The notes: generated by a model from the sequence alone, not told the origin. Positions 1 through 9,675 are shown, counted from the first letter of the stretch. The stretch: 64,000 bases of DNA from Myxococcota bacterium (GCA_965250285.1 OZ252299.1:32001-96000), one strand, 5' to 3'. Program-made: numbers and translations.

Positions 1-1962
1 GTGCTCGTCTCGCGCTTCATCGATCGCTCGATCCGCCCGCTCTTCGCAGACGGCTACAACGACGACACGCAGATCACCGCGACGGTCCTCTCGGCCGACA
101 GCGAGAACTCACCCGACATGTGTGCGTTCATCGGTGCGTCGGCCGCGCTCGCGATCTCGGAGATCCCTTTCCTCGGCCCGATCGGCGCAGTGCGCCTCGG
201 CCGCCAGGACGGCGAGTTCGTGATCAACCCGAGCGTCGAGCAGGTCGCCGAGTGCGACATCGAGCTCATCGTGGCCGGCACGCGCCAGTCGATCGTCATG
301 GTCGAGGGCAAGGCCGACCAGGTGCCCGAGAGCCAGATCGTCGGCGCGCTGCGCGAGGCCCACGGCGAGATCGTGCGCGTCATCGAGACGATCGAGTCGC
401 TCCAGAGCAAGGTCGGCAAGACCAAGCTCGAGATGGGCGAGGCCGACGATCTGACCGAGCTCGAGAGCGAGATCCGCGGCAAGGCCGAGGCGCGGCTGGC
501 GGACGCGTTCCAGATCAAGACGAAGAAGGAGCGCAACGACACGGTCCGGGCGATCGAGAAGGAGATCATCGCCGAGTACGTGGCCGAGTACTCCGCCCAG
601 AAGGTCGCACTCGACAGCCTCGACGCCGTCGAAGAGCGCCGAAACGGCCTCGCGAAGCTGCGAGGCCAGGTGAAGGACATCCTCCACGACCTCGGCGCCG
701 AGCTGATGCGCGACCGAGTGCTGTCGGGCGGCGACCGCATCGATGGGCGCTCGCCCACCGACATCCGCCCGATCGCGTCGGACGTGCGCGTCGTGCCGCG
801 GCCCCACGGTGTCGCGCTCTTCACGCGCGGCGAAACCCAGGCCATCGTCACCGCGACGCTCGGCTCGGGCTTCGACGAGCAGACCATCGACGGCATGGGC
901 GGACGCTTCAAGAAGACGTTCATGCTGCACTACAACTTCCCGCCGTTCTCGGTCGGTGAGGCGCGGCCCCTGCGCGGCCCGGGGCGACGCGAAGTCGGTC
1001 ACGGCACGCTCGCCGAGAAGGCGATCACGCCGGTGCTGCCCGCCCACGAGGATTTCCCGTACACGATTCGCGTCGTGAGCGAGACCCTCGAGAGCAACGG
1101 CTCGTCGTCGATGGCGGCGGTCTGCGGGTCGACCCTCTCGCTGCTCGACGCCGGTGTGCCGCTCAAGGCGCCGGTGGCCGGCATCGCCATGGGTCTGATG
1201 ACCGACGGCGAACGCACCGTGGTGCTGAGCGACATCCTCGGCGACGAGGATCATCTCGGCGACATGGACTTCAAGGTCGCGGGCACGCCCGAGGGCATCA
1301 CCGCCCTGCAGATGGACATCAAGGTCAAGCAGATCGACTGGGACATCCTGACCACGGCCATGAACCAGGCCAAGGACGGGCGCCTGCACATCCTCGACTG
1401 CATGAGCAAGGACACCGAGGAGGCCCTCGGTGGCCTCAACCCGCGTGCCGAGCTGCACGAGTACGCGCCGCGACTCGAGGTGCTGCAGGTCAAGCCCGAT
1501 CGCATTCGCGACATCATCGGCCCTGGCGGCAAGGTGATCCGCGCGATCCAGGAGACGACCGGTACCAAGGTCGACGTCGAAGACTCGGGCCGCGTGTCGG
1601 TCTTCGGTCCCGACGCCGCGTCGGTGCAGCAGGCCATGTCGATGGTCGACGAGCTCACGCAGGAGGCCGAGATCGGTCGCATCTACCTGGGCAAGGTCAA
1701 GCGGGTCGCCGACTTCGGCGCGTTCGCCGAGATCTTCCCCGGCACCGATGGCCTGATCCACATCAGCCACCTCGCCGAGGGCCGCGTCAACGAGGTCACC
1801 GACATCGTGAGCGAAGGCGACGAGGTGCTCGCCAAGTGCATCGACATCGACCCCGCCGGCCGCATCCGCCTCTCGCGCAAGGAGGCGTTGGCCGACATCG
1901 CCGCGCTCGAGGCCGCGACCGCCGAAGGCGACGCGTCGAGCGACGACGGCGACGACGACTGA
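1..1962 (+). CDS. pnp: Polyribonucleotide nucleotidyltransferase (PNPase), 5'-truncated by window edge
   Basis: [28 protein letters not shown] and GDMDFKVAG motifs; KH (IIGPGGKVI) and S1 (FGAFAEI...GLIHIS) domains. Confidence 0.98.
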   Translation: MLVSRFIDRSIRPLFADGYNDDTQITATVLSADSENSPDMCAFIGASAALAISEIPFLGPIGAVRLGRQDGEFVINPSVEQVAECDIELIVAGTRQSIVMVEGKADQVPESQIVGALREAHGEIVRVIETIESLQSKVGKTKLEMGEADDLTELESEIRGKAEARLADAFQIKTKKERNDTVRAIEKEIIAEYVAEYSAQKVALDSLDAVEERRNGLAKLRGQVKDILHDLGAELMRDRVLSGGDRIDGRSPTDIRPIASDVRVVPRPHGVALFTRGETQAIVTATLGSGFDEQTIDGMGGRFKKTFMLHYNFPPFSVGEARPLRGPGRREVGHGTLAEKAITPVLPAHEDFPYTIRVVSETLESNGSSSMAAVCGSTLSLLDAGVPLKAPVAGIAMGLMTDGERTVVLSDILGDEDHLGDMDFKVAGTPEGITALQMDIKVKQIDWDILTTAMNQAKDGRLHILDCMSKDTEEALGGLNPRAELHEYAPRLEVLQVKPDRIRDIIGPGGKVIRAIQETTGTKVDVEDSGRVSVFGPDAASVQQAMSMVDELTQEAEIGRIYLGKVKRVADFGAFAEIFPGTDGLIHISHLAEGRVNEVTDIVSEGDEVLAKCIDIDPAGRIRLSRKEALADIAALEAATAEGDASSDDGDDD

Positions 1963-1963
1963 C

Positions 1964-2449
1964 GTGAGCGGAGGCGATCGCGACGCAGCGGGCGACGACC
2001 GACCGGTGGTTCGCGTGCGCGTCGCGAGGCTTCCCCACGCAGAAGGATTGGAACCGCCGCGTCCGGCGACGCCGGGCGCGGCGGGCTCCGATCTGCGGGC
2101 CGCGGTCGAGGCCGAGATCTCGATTGCGCCCGGCGCGCGTGTGCTGGTCCCGACCGGCTTCCGGATCGCGATCCCCGACGGCTACGAAGGGCAGGTGCGC
2201 CCGCGTAGCGGCCTCGCGCTGCGCCACGGCATCACCGTGCCCAATGCCCCGGGGACCATCGACAGCGACTACCGCGGCGAGCTGCAGGTCATCCTGCAGA
2301 ACACCGGCGACGCGCCCTTCGCGGTGAAACGCGGCGACCGCATCGCGCAGCTGGTGATCGCGCCCGTGCCTCGGGTGGCCATCGACGAGGTCGACGCCCT
2401 CGACGACACCGAGCGCGGTGAGGGTGGATTCGGTCACACGGGAATCTGA
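1964..2449 (+). CDS. dut: dUTP diphosphatase
   Basis: Five dUTPase motifs: [39 protein letters not shown]. Confidence 0.97.
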   Translation: MSGGDRDAAGDDRPVVRVRVARLPHAEGLEPPRPATPGAAGSDLRAAVEAEISIAPGARVLVPTGFRIAIPDGYEGQVRPRSGLALRHGITVPNAPGTIDSDYRGELQVILQNTGDAPFAVKRGDRIAQLVIAPVPRVAIDEVDALDDTERGEGGFGHTGI

Positions 2450-2538
2450 CGCGCCGCGCCCCGTGCGCGCGGTGGCCCCCCGCCCGGGTGGTATCATCCC
2501 CACTCGATCGGCGCCGATCGTCGGCGCGAGGAGGGGGC

Positions 2539-3597
2539 GTGAGCGAAGCGAGCGATCGAGAAGCGGTGGAGGCCGCCGAGGCCCAGACGACGCCGTCGAC
2601 CGAGGGAGACCCGGCCACCGTCGAGGCCGCCGAAGTCGAAGACGCGACCGAAGAGTTCGCGAACCGACCCGAGCGCAAGCAGAGCGATCTCTTGTTGCGG
2701 CTGGGGACCGCCGCCGTCCTGATCCCCACCGTTCTCTGGATCATCGTGATCGGCGGCTGGCCGTTCATCGGCGTCGTCATGCTCTTCGGCCTGATCGCAC
2801 AGTACGAGTTCTACAACATGATCGAGGCGAAGGGCGCGAAGCCCCTGCGCCTGTGGGGCATCGGCTTCGGCGCGGGCGTCATGGCGGTCGCCTCGTTCGG
2901 CAGCGAGTACAGCGCCACCCTGCTGATGACGGCGTCACTGCTCGTCATGATGGTTGCGCAGCTGCGCAAAGCGGCGATCCACGACGCCCTGGCGAGCATC
3001 TCGGGCACGTTCTTCGGCGTCTTCTACGTCGCTTGGCTGATCTCGCATGCCATCCTCCTGCGCAACTTCGATACGGCCGTCGGCCAACAGTTCGGCGCCG
3101 ACGCGGTCGCGACGCTCGGCTTCACGCCCGAGACGGGTCTCTTCTTGATGATCTATACGCTTGCCGCCGTGATCGGCTGCGATGCGGGGGCGTACTTCGC
3201 GGGCCGGGCCTGGGGCAAACGCCCGCTGGCGCCCGCGGTGAGCCCCAACAAGAGCATCGAGGGGGCCGTCGGAGGCGTCGTCTTCGGCGTCGCGCTCGCG
3301 GCGTTCTTCAAGCTCTTCTTCGACTTCTTCTGGCCGAGCGCATCGGCCGCCATGCCCTGGTCGATCGTCGCGCCGTTCGCCTTCGTGCTGACGCTCGTCG
3401 GCATCGTGGGCGATCTCGTCGAGTCGCTGCTCAAGCGCGACGCCGACGTGAAGGACGCGGGCTCGCTGCTGCCCGGCATGGGGGGCGTGCTCGACCGCAT
3501 CGACTCGCCGCTGCTCGCCTTCCCCGTCATCTACTACATGCTGATCGGCTGGGTCACCTACAAGATGTCCGGCTTCGACGCGGTCGCGGGCCTCTGA
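2539..3597 (+). CDS. cdsA: Phosphatidate cytidylyltransferase
   Basis: Multi-TM protein with D-x-GAYFAG, SPNKSIEG and GDLVESLLKRDADVKDAG..LPG.GGVLDRIDS; GTG start at 2539 after GAGGAGG. Confidence 0.93.
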   Translation: MSEASDREAVEAAEAQTTPSTEGDPATVEAAEVEDATEEFANRPERKQSDLLLRLGTAAVLIPTVLWIIVIGGWPFIGVVMLFGLIAQYEFYNMIEAKGAKPLRLWGIGFGAGVMAVASFGSEYSATLLMTASLLVMMVAQLRKAAIHDALASISGTFFGVFYVAWLISHAILLRNFDTAVGQQFGADAVATLGFTPETGLFLMIYTLAAVIGCDAGAYFAGRAWGKRPLAPAVSPNKSIEGAVGGVVFGVALAAFFKLFFDFFWPSASAAMPWSIVAPFAFVLTLVGIVGDLVESLLKRDADVKDAGSLLPGMGGVLDRIDSPLLAFPVIYYMLIGWVTYKMSGFDAVAGL

Positions 3598-3691
3598 GCC
3601 CAGCCTCGAATTCGACTGTTCAGGTCGTCTCGGTGATCGGCCGAAGAGCTGGGGTGCACCCGCTCGCTCGCGCGAGCGCCGAGGAGCCCCG

Positions 3692-4270
3692 ATGTCTCGC
3701 AGCCCTGCCGCACGGGCCAGCGCCGCCCGTGACAATCTCGAGTTCGCCGACGTCTACCGCCCGGGCGCCGTCGATCGCATCCGCGCGCTGATCCCCGCCG
3801 ACGTGCTCGACGTGATCGACACCCGCGCGGGCTCGTCGTGGCTCGAGTTCGAGTACGACCACTATCTGATGGACGGGGCGGTCGAGGTGCTCGGGGTCGA
3901 CGACGCGGTGCGCTGCTGGCACCAGTCGATCGGGTTCCTGATCGACAAGCCCCTGCTCCGCAGCTTCGTGCACGGGGCGCTGCGCATGTACGGCGCGCGG
4001 CCGGGCAAGATCCTGAAGCTCGTGCCCAAGGGCTGGACGCTCGCCTACCGCGACTTCTGCGCGCCGGTCTACACGCTCTTCGAAGAGGGCCACGCCGAGA
4101 TCCGCTTCACCGACGTGGCACCCGAGGCCTTCGAGAGCCCGGGCTACCTGCACTGCTGGCACGGCATCTGCCTCGGCGTCTTCGACCTAGAGAAGCCGTC
4201 GAATGGCCGCGTCGAGTTCGAGTTCGACGCAGCGAAGCTCGAGGCCTGCGCGACGTTCCGTTGGGGCTAA
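3692..4270 (+). CDS. Hypothetical protein, possibly DUF2378/V4R-like ligand-binding fold
   Basis: Coding-like codon usage; W-L-E-F-E...W..G and C-terminal C.TFRW pattern resembles myxobacterial DUF2378/V4R-like proteins (by eye). Confidence 0.55.
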   Translation: MSRSPAARASAARDNLEFADVYRPGAVDRIRALIPADVLDVIDTRAGSSWLEFEYDHYLMDGAVEVLGVDDAVRCWHQSIGFLIDKPLLRSFVHGALRMYGARPGKILKLVPKGWTLAYRDFCAPVYTLFEEGHAEIRFTDVAPEAFESPGYLHCWHGICLGVFDLEKPSNGRVEFEFDAAKLEACATFRWG

Positions 4271-4277
4271 GCCGAGG

Positions 4278-5888
4278 CTACTGCTCGACGCAGTAGAACC
4301 GGCGCTCGAAGTTGCAGGCGATGCCGCTGCTCGTGTCGGTCCAGTCCGATGTGAGGGTGCCCGAAAGACCCTGTCGACCGGAGACGCCCGACGAACTCGA
4401 CGTCCAGCCCTGGCAATGACTCGGAGTGCCCGTGCCTCCGCCGCCCACCGCAGCGACACCGGACCACACCGGGACGGGGGTCGAGACCGTCGACGAAGCG
4501 GCTGTGACGCTGATGCCAAAATCGAGCGTGCCGTCGGTGAGATCGGCCCAGTCGTCGGCGATGACCGTTCCCAATGGGTCGATATAGGGCGCACCCGACC
4601 GGCTCTCGCGCGTGGCGGGACTGGCGACCCCGTCTGCCAGCCAGGCCTGATACGTGCCTGTGAGGCCCGCCGCATCGGCTTCGCTCTGGCAGGTCGCATC
4701 GGCTCCGCTGAGTCCCCCCAGATCGCCCATCGATGCGGCAGCCGAGAGGAAGATGGTGCGTGGACTGCCCGTGTTGATCAAGACGCCCGTCCCTGACCAC
4801 GACTTGCCGTTGGGCAGCGTGACCGTGATCAGCGGGAACCCGGGCGGCTCGGTGCCTGCGACGGCGATGTCGAGGCTCGTGGGGGTCACGTTGGTCGGCG
4901 TCGGCGACTGCGTGCCGAACTGAGCGGTCATGCCGGGCTCGAAGTTCGTGCCCGTCAGGGTGATCGTCGCGGCCTGACCTTCGTCGAGGACGTCGGGGGC
5001 GAAGCCGGTCACCGTGGGCTTGATCAGGAAGAACGGGAACGAGCCCGAGGTCGACTCGGCGTTCGGGAGCGTGACCGTCACGCTGGCGTCGCCTTCGGGC
5101 TGTGAGCCGACGGTGACGTCGAAGCTCGTCGGCGTGATGTTCGACGGCGTCGGGTTCTGGCTGCCGAAGGCGACGGTCATGCCCGCGACGAAGCTGGTGC
5201 CCGAGACCGTGACGACCGTGCTCTCGAAGCCGTCTGCCGACGCGGGCGAGAAGCCCGAGATCGTGGGCGTGACGACGTTGATGTTCGAACCCTGTGCCAG
5301 CTCGTCTCCGTCGAGGATGCCATCGCCGTCGTTGTCGGCATCGACGAAGTTCGCGCGACCGTCGCCGTCGGTATCGCCGAGACCTTCATCGGGGTGGAGA
5401 TTTTCGGGGCTCTGCCCGTCGAACTGAAAGTACTCGAGCATCTGCGTGATGTACCCCGACTCGATGCCGCCGACGTTCTCGGCGACCTCGGCACGCAGGG
5501 CGTAGGGGACCATGAGGAGCTGGGTTCGCGGGGTGAGGGTTTCGCCCTCGACGGTGACCTCGAGGTGGATCGCGCCGCCTTCGACGACGGCTTGATCGAT
5601 GGGCGTGATGGCCCCGAGCACGACGTCGTAGACGCCGTCGACGACCTGGACGGCCGGGTGGCTCTCGTACCAGAGGGCGGCGCCGCCGGCGGGAGCGTCG
5701 AAGAGCTCGAACTCCATGGCGACGGTCGCGGTGACCGGATCGCCCTGGTCGTCGAGCAGCAGACCCTGGTAGCTGGTTTCGCCGGGGACGGCGGCGAACG
5801 CGCTGGAGGCGATCCAAGCCGAGGCGACGACTCGGACGAGGAGGGATGAGAAGAGTGAAGCCCGGGATCGGAGCGGGCGAGAAGTCAT
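4278..5888 (-). CDS. Exported surface protein: signal peptide, conserved YQG..D..G.P N-terminal domain, Ca-binding DxDGDG repeats, two IPT/TIG domains, C-terminal DUF1554 (endostatin/C-type-lectin-like) domain
   Basis: AFA signal cleavage; SYQGLLLDDQGDP...VPYALRA; DTDGDGRANFVDADNDGDG; two PT(I/V)(S/T)GF.P...GT(S/N)F..GMT..FG repeats; GDLGGLSGADATCQ..A...YQAWL...W...C.GWTS...C...FYCVEQ. Confidence 0.85.
   Translation of the reverse strand: MTSRPLRSRASLFSSLLVRVVASAWIASSAFAAVPGETSYQGLLLDDQGDPVTATVAMEFELFDAPAGGAALWYESHPAVQVVDGVYDVVLGAITPIDQAVVEGGAIHLEVTVEGETLTPRTQLLMVPYALRAEVAENVGGIESGYITQMLEYFQFDGQSPENLHPDEGLGDTDGDGRANFVDADNDGDGILDGDELAQGSNINVVTPTISGFSPASADGFESTVVTVSGTSFVAGMTVAFGSQNPTPSNITPTSFDVTVGSQPEGDASVTVTLPNAESTSGSFPFFLIKPTVTGFAPDVLDEGQAATITLTGTNFEPGMTAQFGTQSPTPTNVTPTSLDIAVAGTEPPGFPLITVTLPNGKSWSGTGVLINTGSPRTIFLSAAASMGDLGGLSGADATCQSEADAAGLTGTYQAWLADGVASPATRESRSGAPYIDPLGTVIADDWADLTDGTLDFGISVTAASSTVSTPVPVWSGVAAVGGGGTGTPSHCQGWTSSSSGVSGRQGLSGTLTSDWTDTSSGIACNFERRFYCVEQ
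5476..5831. repeat. Direct repeat copy 1 (N-terminal domain of surface-protein paralogs)
   Basis: Aligns without gaps to 6918-7273 at offset 1442; 5509-5641 is identical to 6951-7083. Confidence 0.95.
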
Positions 5889-5977
5889 GCAGGGCCTCGG
5901 TCTGGGGGATTCGGACGGATCGTTTTCGACTCGGCGCTCGCGTGGGTCTCCGCCGTCGCCCGAGCGTCTCGCGCTGA

Positions 5978-7333
5978 CTATTGCTCGATGCAGTAGAGGC
6001 GTGTCGTGCTCGTGCCGCAGGTGAGACCGGACGCGCGGTTGCTCCAGTCGGAGTCGATCTCGCCGATCTCGCCGACGCGTCCCGCGACCCCACTCGAGCC
6101 CGAGGTCCAGCCCGCGCAGTGCAGCGCGCCCGCGCTGGTCGCGCCGCTGGCCGTGACGTTCGACCAGACGAGCCCCGATGCGGCCTGGCCCGATGCCGTC
6201 TTGTCGATGCCTGCATCGAGGGTGCCGTCGGTGAGGTCGGCCCAGTCGTTGGCAATGACCGTTCCGGTCGGGTCGACGAAGACGCTGCCGAGCTGGGAGG
6301 CGCGCGTCGCCGGGCTATCGACGCCATCCGAGAGCCAGGCCTGGAACGTGCCCACGAGGCCCGCGTTGTCGGCGTTGGCTTGGCACGTGGCGTCGGCGCC
6401 GGCGAGGCCGCCGAGGTTGCCGCCGCTGCTCGATCCGGTGACGAAGATGATGCGCTCGGTGCGAAAGTAGTACGACGACGCCGTCGTCTCTCCGTTCACT
6501 CGCGTGACCGTGACCGGCACGGTCGACTCGGTGACCGGGCCCACGGTCACCTCAAACGAGGTCGGAGTGACGTTCGTCGGCGTCGGTGTCTCGGCACCCA
6601 CCGTGACCGTCATGCCGGCCTCGAAGTTGGTGCCCTGGATCTCGATGACCGTGGCCGCTTCTCCGTACGAAAACGGAGGATCGAAGCCGGAGATCGTCGG
6701 CGTGACCATGTTGATGTCGGAGCCCTGATCGACCTCGTCGCCATCGAGCAGGCCGTCATTGTCGTTGTCGGAATCGACGAAGTTCGGGCGGCCGTCGCCA
6801 TCGGTGTCGACCGTGCCCTCGTCGGGGTGGGTGTTCCCGGGCTGCTGGTTGTCGAGATTCACGTACTCGATGATCGCGTCGAAGTAGGCCGCATCGAACG
6901 ATCCCAACGAGCCAGCATTCTCGGCGACCTCGGCTCGCAGCGCGTACGGAACCATGAGGAGCTGGGTTCGCGGGGTGAGGGTTTCGCCCTCGACGGTGAC
7001 CTCGAGGTGGATCGCGCCGCCTTCGACGACGGCTTGATCGATGGGCGTGATGGCCCCGAGCACGACGTCGTAGACGCCGTCGATGACCTGAACCGCGGGG
7101 TGGCTCTCGAACCAGAGCGCCGAACCGCCAGCCGGGGCGTCGAAGAGTTCGAACTCCATGGCGACGGTCGCGGTGACTGGATCGCCCTGGTCGTCGAGCA
7201 GCAGACCCTGGTAGCTGGTTTCGCCGGGTACGGCGGCGAACGCGCTGGCAGCGATCCAAGCCGAAGCGACGACGGAGAAGCTAAAGAGCGAAGACAAGAA
7301 TCGATGCGGGCGAGTCATCATGCAGATCCTCAA
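5978..7333 (-). CDS. Paralogous exported surface protein with one IPT/TIG domain and C-terminal DUF1554-like domain
   Basis: Same architecture as 4278-5888; near-identical first ~120 aa; ends LYCIEQ. Confidence 0.85.
   Translation of the reverse strand: MRICMMTRPHRFLSSLFSFSVVASAWIAASAFAAVPGETSYQGLLLDDQGDPVTATVAMEFELFDAPAGGSALWFESHPAVQVIDGVYDVVLGAITPIDQAVVEGGAIHLEVTVEGETLTPRTQLLMVPYALRAEVAENAGSLGSFDAAYFDAIIEYVNLDNQQPGNTHPDEGTVDTDGDGRPNFVDSDNDNDGLLDGDEVDQGSDINMVTPTISGFDPPFSYGEAATVIEIQGTNFEAGMTVTVGAETPTPTNVTPTSFEVTVGPVTESTVPVTVTRVNGETTASSYYFRTERIIFVTGSSSGGNLGGLAGADATCQANADNAGLVGTFQAWLSDGVDSPATRASQLGSVFVDPTGTVIANDWADLTDGTLDAGIDKTASGQAASGLVWSNVTASGATSAGALHCAGWTSGSSGVAGRVGEIGEIDSDWSNRASGLTCGTSTTRLYCIEQ
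6918..7273. repeat. Direct repeat copy 2 (N-terminal domain of surface-protein paralogs)
   Basis: Aligns to 5476-5831. Confidence 0.95.
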
Positions 7334-7914
7334 CGGCGCACGAGGCGTCGGGTGCGCAGCACGCGCACGGTGGTGAAGCCGACCAGGAGCGCGAGGGCGA
7401 GCTGGCCGATGGCTCCGAGCAGCGGGACGAGCTCGGGCAGCGAGAACGGATCGTTCGGGTCGGTGTTGGCCGTCACCTCGACGCCGTCACCGATGCCGTC
7501 GCCATCGGAGTCGACGATCAACGAGTCGGTGCCCGTATCGGAGGGCGAGGCGAAGACGGCCGTGTTGGTCTCGACGACGTCGTCGAGGCCGTCGCCATCA
7601 TCGTCGCTGTCGAGGAAGTACGCCTCGCCGTCGCCGTCGAGGTCGAGGCTCGGCAGGGCGCCGGCGAGCAGCGGGGGAAAGCCGGGCACGATCGAGGCGA
7701 GATCGACCTCGCTGCCCGACGGGCCCACGGGTTCTGACTGGCCGAGCGCGGCGGTGTTCGAGAATGAAGCGCTCGCCGAGCTCGTGCCGCCGGCCGAGAC
7801 GTGGCCCCCGCGCACCGTGTAGCTGGCGCTCGAGAGATCGCCGAACGCGGGAGGCGCGATCCACAAGACGCCCGCAGCGAGGGTCAGGCCGAGTGCGATG
7901 GATGTGTGCGTCAT
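7330..7914 (-). CDS. Small exported protein with TSP3-like Ca-binding repeats and IPTL-CTERM-like C-terminal anchor
   Basis: Signal peptide; Gly/Ser-rich YTVRGGHVSAGG..S..F..LGQ...G...PGF segment; DLDGDG/DDDGDG/DSDGDG repeats; tail VPLLGAIGQLALALLVGFTTVRVLRTRR; 4-bp overlap with next gene. Confidence 0.85.
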   Translation of the reverse strand: MTHTSIALGLTLAAGVLWIAPPAFGDLSSASYTVRGGHVSAGGTSSASASFSNTAALGQSEPVGPSGSEVDLASIVPGFPPLLAGALPSLDLDGDGEAYFLDSDDDGDGLDDVVETNTAVFASPSDTGTDSLIVDSDGDGIGDGVEVTANTDPNDPFSLPELVPLLGAIGQLALALLVGFTTVRVLRTRRLVRR

Positions 7915-8276
7915 TCGGCCACCCTATCACCCCATTTGGGGGATCGGTGCGAAGAATGGGTGGCGAGCCGTCTTCTTTACCTGTGGATAGATCGGTCGCG
8001 ACCCATTGGCGGGGCCGATTCGGCGAGCCGCGCGCAGCATCCCCCGACACCCCCCATGTCGAACGATCGCTTCATCGTGGCGAAGCCCCTTCGCTGAGGC
8101 ACCCGCCCTACGCTCAATGGCGTCACCTGCAACCGGAGTCATGCGTCGAATGCGACGGCGTGACCGATGCCCCCACAATCGCACGCATGGTCGATTCGAA
8201 TCATCTGGGTTGACCAGTAATCAAACTCGGATCGTGATGCCGGGCGAACCCGATCCGCGGGCGGCGAGCGCCGCGC

Positions 8277-9029
8277 TCAGGCCACCTGGCCCCCATCGAT
8301 GCGCACCGCCTCGCCCGTCATGTAGCCGGCTTCGTCCGAGGCGAGATACGTCACGAGGGCGGCGATCTCTTCGGGCGATCCGAGTCGCGGCATCAAGGGC
8401 GCCGTGCGGGCCATCAGCGCGGGATCGAGATCGTCGACGGCGAAGCCGGCCTGGGTCATGGGCGTGAGCACGCCGCCCGGGCAGATGCAGTTGACCCGAA
8501 CGTTGCGGCGCGCGTACTCGGCCGCGAGCGATTGCGTGAGACCGACGACGCCGGCCTTCGACGCGCAGTACGCCGCGTTGTAGGGCACCCCCTGCAGCGC
8601 CGCGGCCGAGGCCATGTTGACGATGGCGCCGCCGCCGTCGAGCAGGTGGGGCAGGGCGGATCGACACATATAGAAGGTGCCCGAGAGATTGATCGCGACG
8701 GTGCGGTCGAAGAGCTCGGGTGCGAGCTCGGTCGTGTGACCGGGCTGGAGGATGCCCGCGATGTTGCAGAGCGTGTCGAGCCCGCCGAGCGCCTCGAACG
8801 CCGCAGCGACCGCGGCCTCGCACGATGCGAGATCGGCGACATCGACCCCGCCGCTCGCTGCGGCTCCGCCCGAGGCCCGGATCTGCTCGGCCGTCTCCTT
8901 CGCTGCATCGGCAGCGATGTCGGCGCAGAACACCCGGGCGCCCTCTTCGGCGAGTCGGAGCGCGCTGGCGCGTCCGATCCCCGAGGCGGCTCCCGTGACG
9001 AGGGCGCGTCTTCCTTCCATTCGCTCCAT
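8277..9029 (-). CDS. SDR family oxidoreductase
   Basis: TGAASGIG, NIAG and YCASK motifs; ATG at 9029. Confidence 0.93.
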   Translation of the reverse strand: MERMEGRRALVTGAASGIGRASALRLAEEGARVFCADIAADAAKETAEQIRASGGAAASGGVDVADLASCEAAVAAAFEALGGLDTLCNIAGILQPGHTTELAPELFDRTVAINLSGTFYMCRSALPHLLDGGGAIVNMASAAALQGVPYNAAYCASKAGVVGLTQSLAAEYARRNVRVNCICPGGVLTPMTQAGFAVDDLDPALMARTAPLMPRLGSPEEIAALVTYLASDEAGYMTGEAVRIDGGQVA

Positions 9030-9195
9030 GGCTGCTTCGGTCTCCTCCGTTTGGATGGTGTCGTTCGAATCGGACGCGGCGCGAGGGGCGCGCGCCGGCA
9101 CCCGATTGAGCGTACGCTCCCCGGGCCCGCTTCGCCGCGCGGAACGCCCGCGATCGACCCGGCCCTCAACGGAACATCCCATGGAGGAATCCACC

Positions 9196-9675
9196 ATGAG
9201 CGCCCGCGTCCGCATCGGACTGCTTCTGGCCGTCTTGGTCTTCAGCACCCCCTTGCTCGCCTGTGGCCCGCTCGGTCCGATCCCGGGCGGCCGACTCAAG
9301 GGGGAGGTCGTCGATCCGCCGCCCGACGACTGGACCGAGTACGCCGCGGTCGAGACCGCGCAGCTCGAGACCCGCCCCGACGACCCGCATTCGATCAACA
9401 TCTGGCTCGGCGTGGTCGACGGTCGACTCTATGTGACGACGTCGCTGATCCGCGGCCCCGACGACCCGAACGAACGTGACTGGGTGCGGCACGTCGCGGC
9501 CGACCCGCGCGTGCGCCTGCGCGTGGATGGCCGGGTCTACGAGTTGAACGCCGTGCGGGTCGAATCGCCGGAGACGATCGAGGCCGTGCGCCGCGCGATG
9601 ATCGCGAAGTACGACGTCGAGCCCGATGCCCATTCGGATGCAGCCTGGGTGTATCGGCTGAACCCGCGCACGTAG
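9196..9675 (+). CDS. Lipoprotein with split beta-barrel (nitroreductase/deazaflavin-reductase or DUF2255-like) domain
   Basis: GGAGG RBS; lipobox LAC; W.G..DG.LY...W.RHV.ADPRV.L pattern. Confidence 0.7.
   Translation: MSARVRIGLLLAVLVFSTPLLACGPLGPIPGGRLKGEVVDPPPDDWTEYAAVETAQLETRPDDPHSINIWLGVVDGRLYVTTSLIRGPDDPNERDWVRHVAADPRVRLRVDGRVYELNAVRVESPETIEAVRRAMIAKYDVEPDAHSDAAWVYRLNPRT

Noticed and set aside
109..1770. Long antisense or alternate-frame ORFs (also 5981-7822, 12778-14841, 14504-16420, 48266-50803 and others)
   Set aside because: Shadow ORFs expected at about 70% GC; Arg/Ala/Pro-rich, motif-free and opposite well-supported genes
4278..7333. Diversity-generating retroelement (lectin-like tips plus repeated DNA)
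   Set aside because: The repeat covers the N-terminal domain rather than a C-terminal variable region, mismatches are not adenine-specific, and no reverse transcriptase lies in the window
4278..7914. Prophage tail-fibre remnant
   Set aside because: Proteins have Sec signal peptides and host-like codon usage, and there are no phage structural or integrase genes
7981..7990. DnaA-box-like CTATCCACA (minus strand)
   Set aside because: Single imperfect copy with no cluster or AT-rich unwinding element
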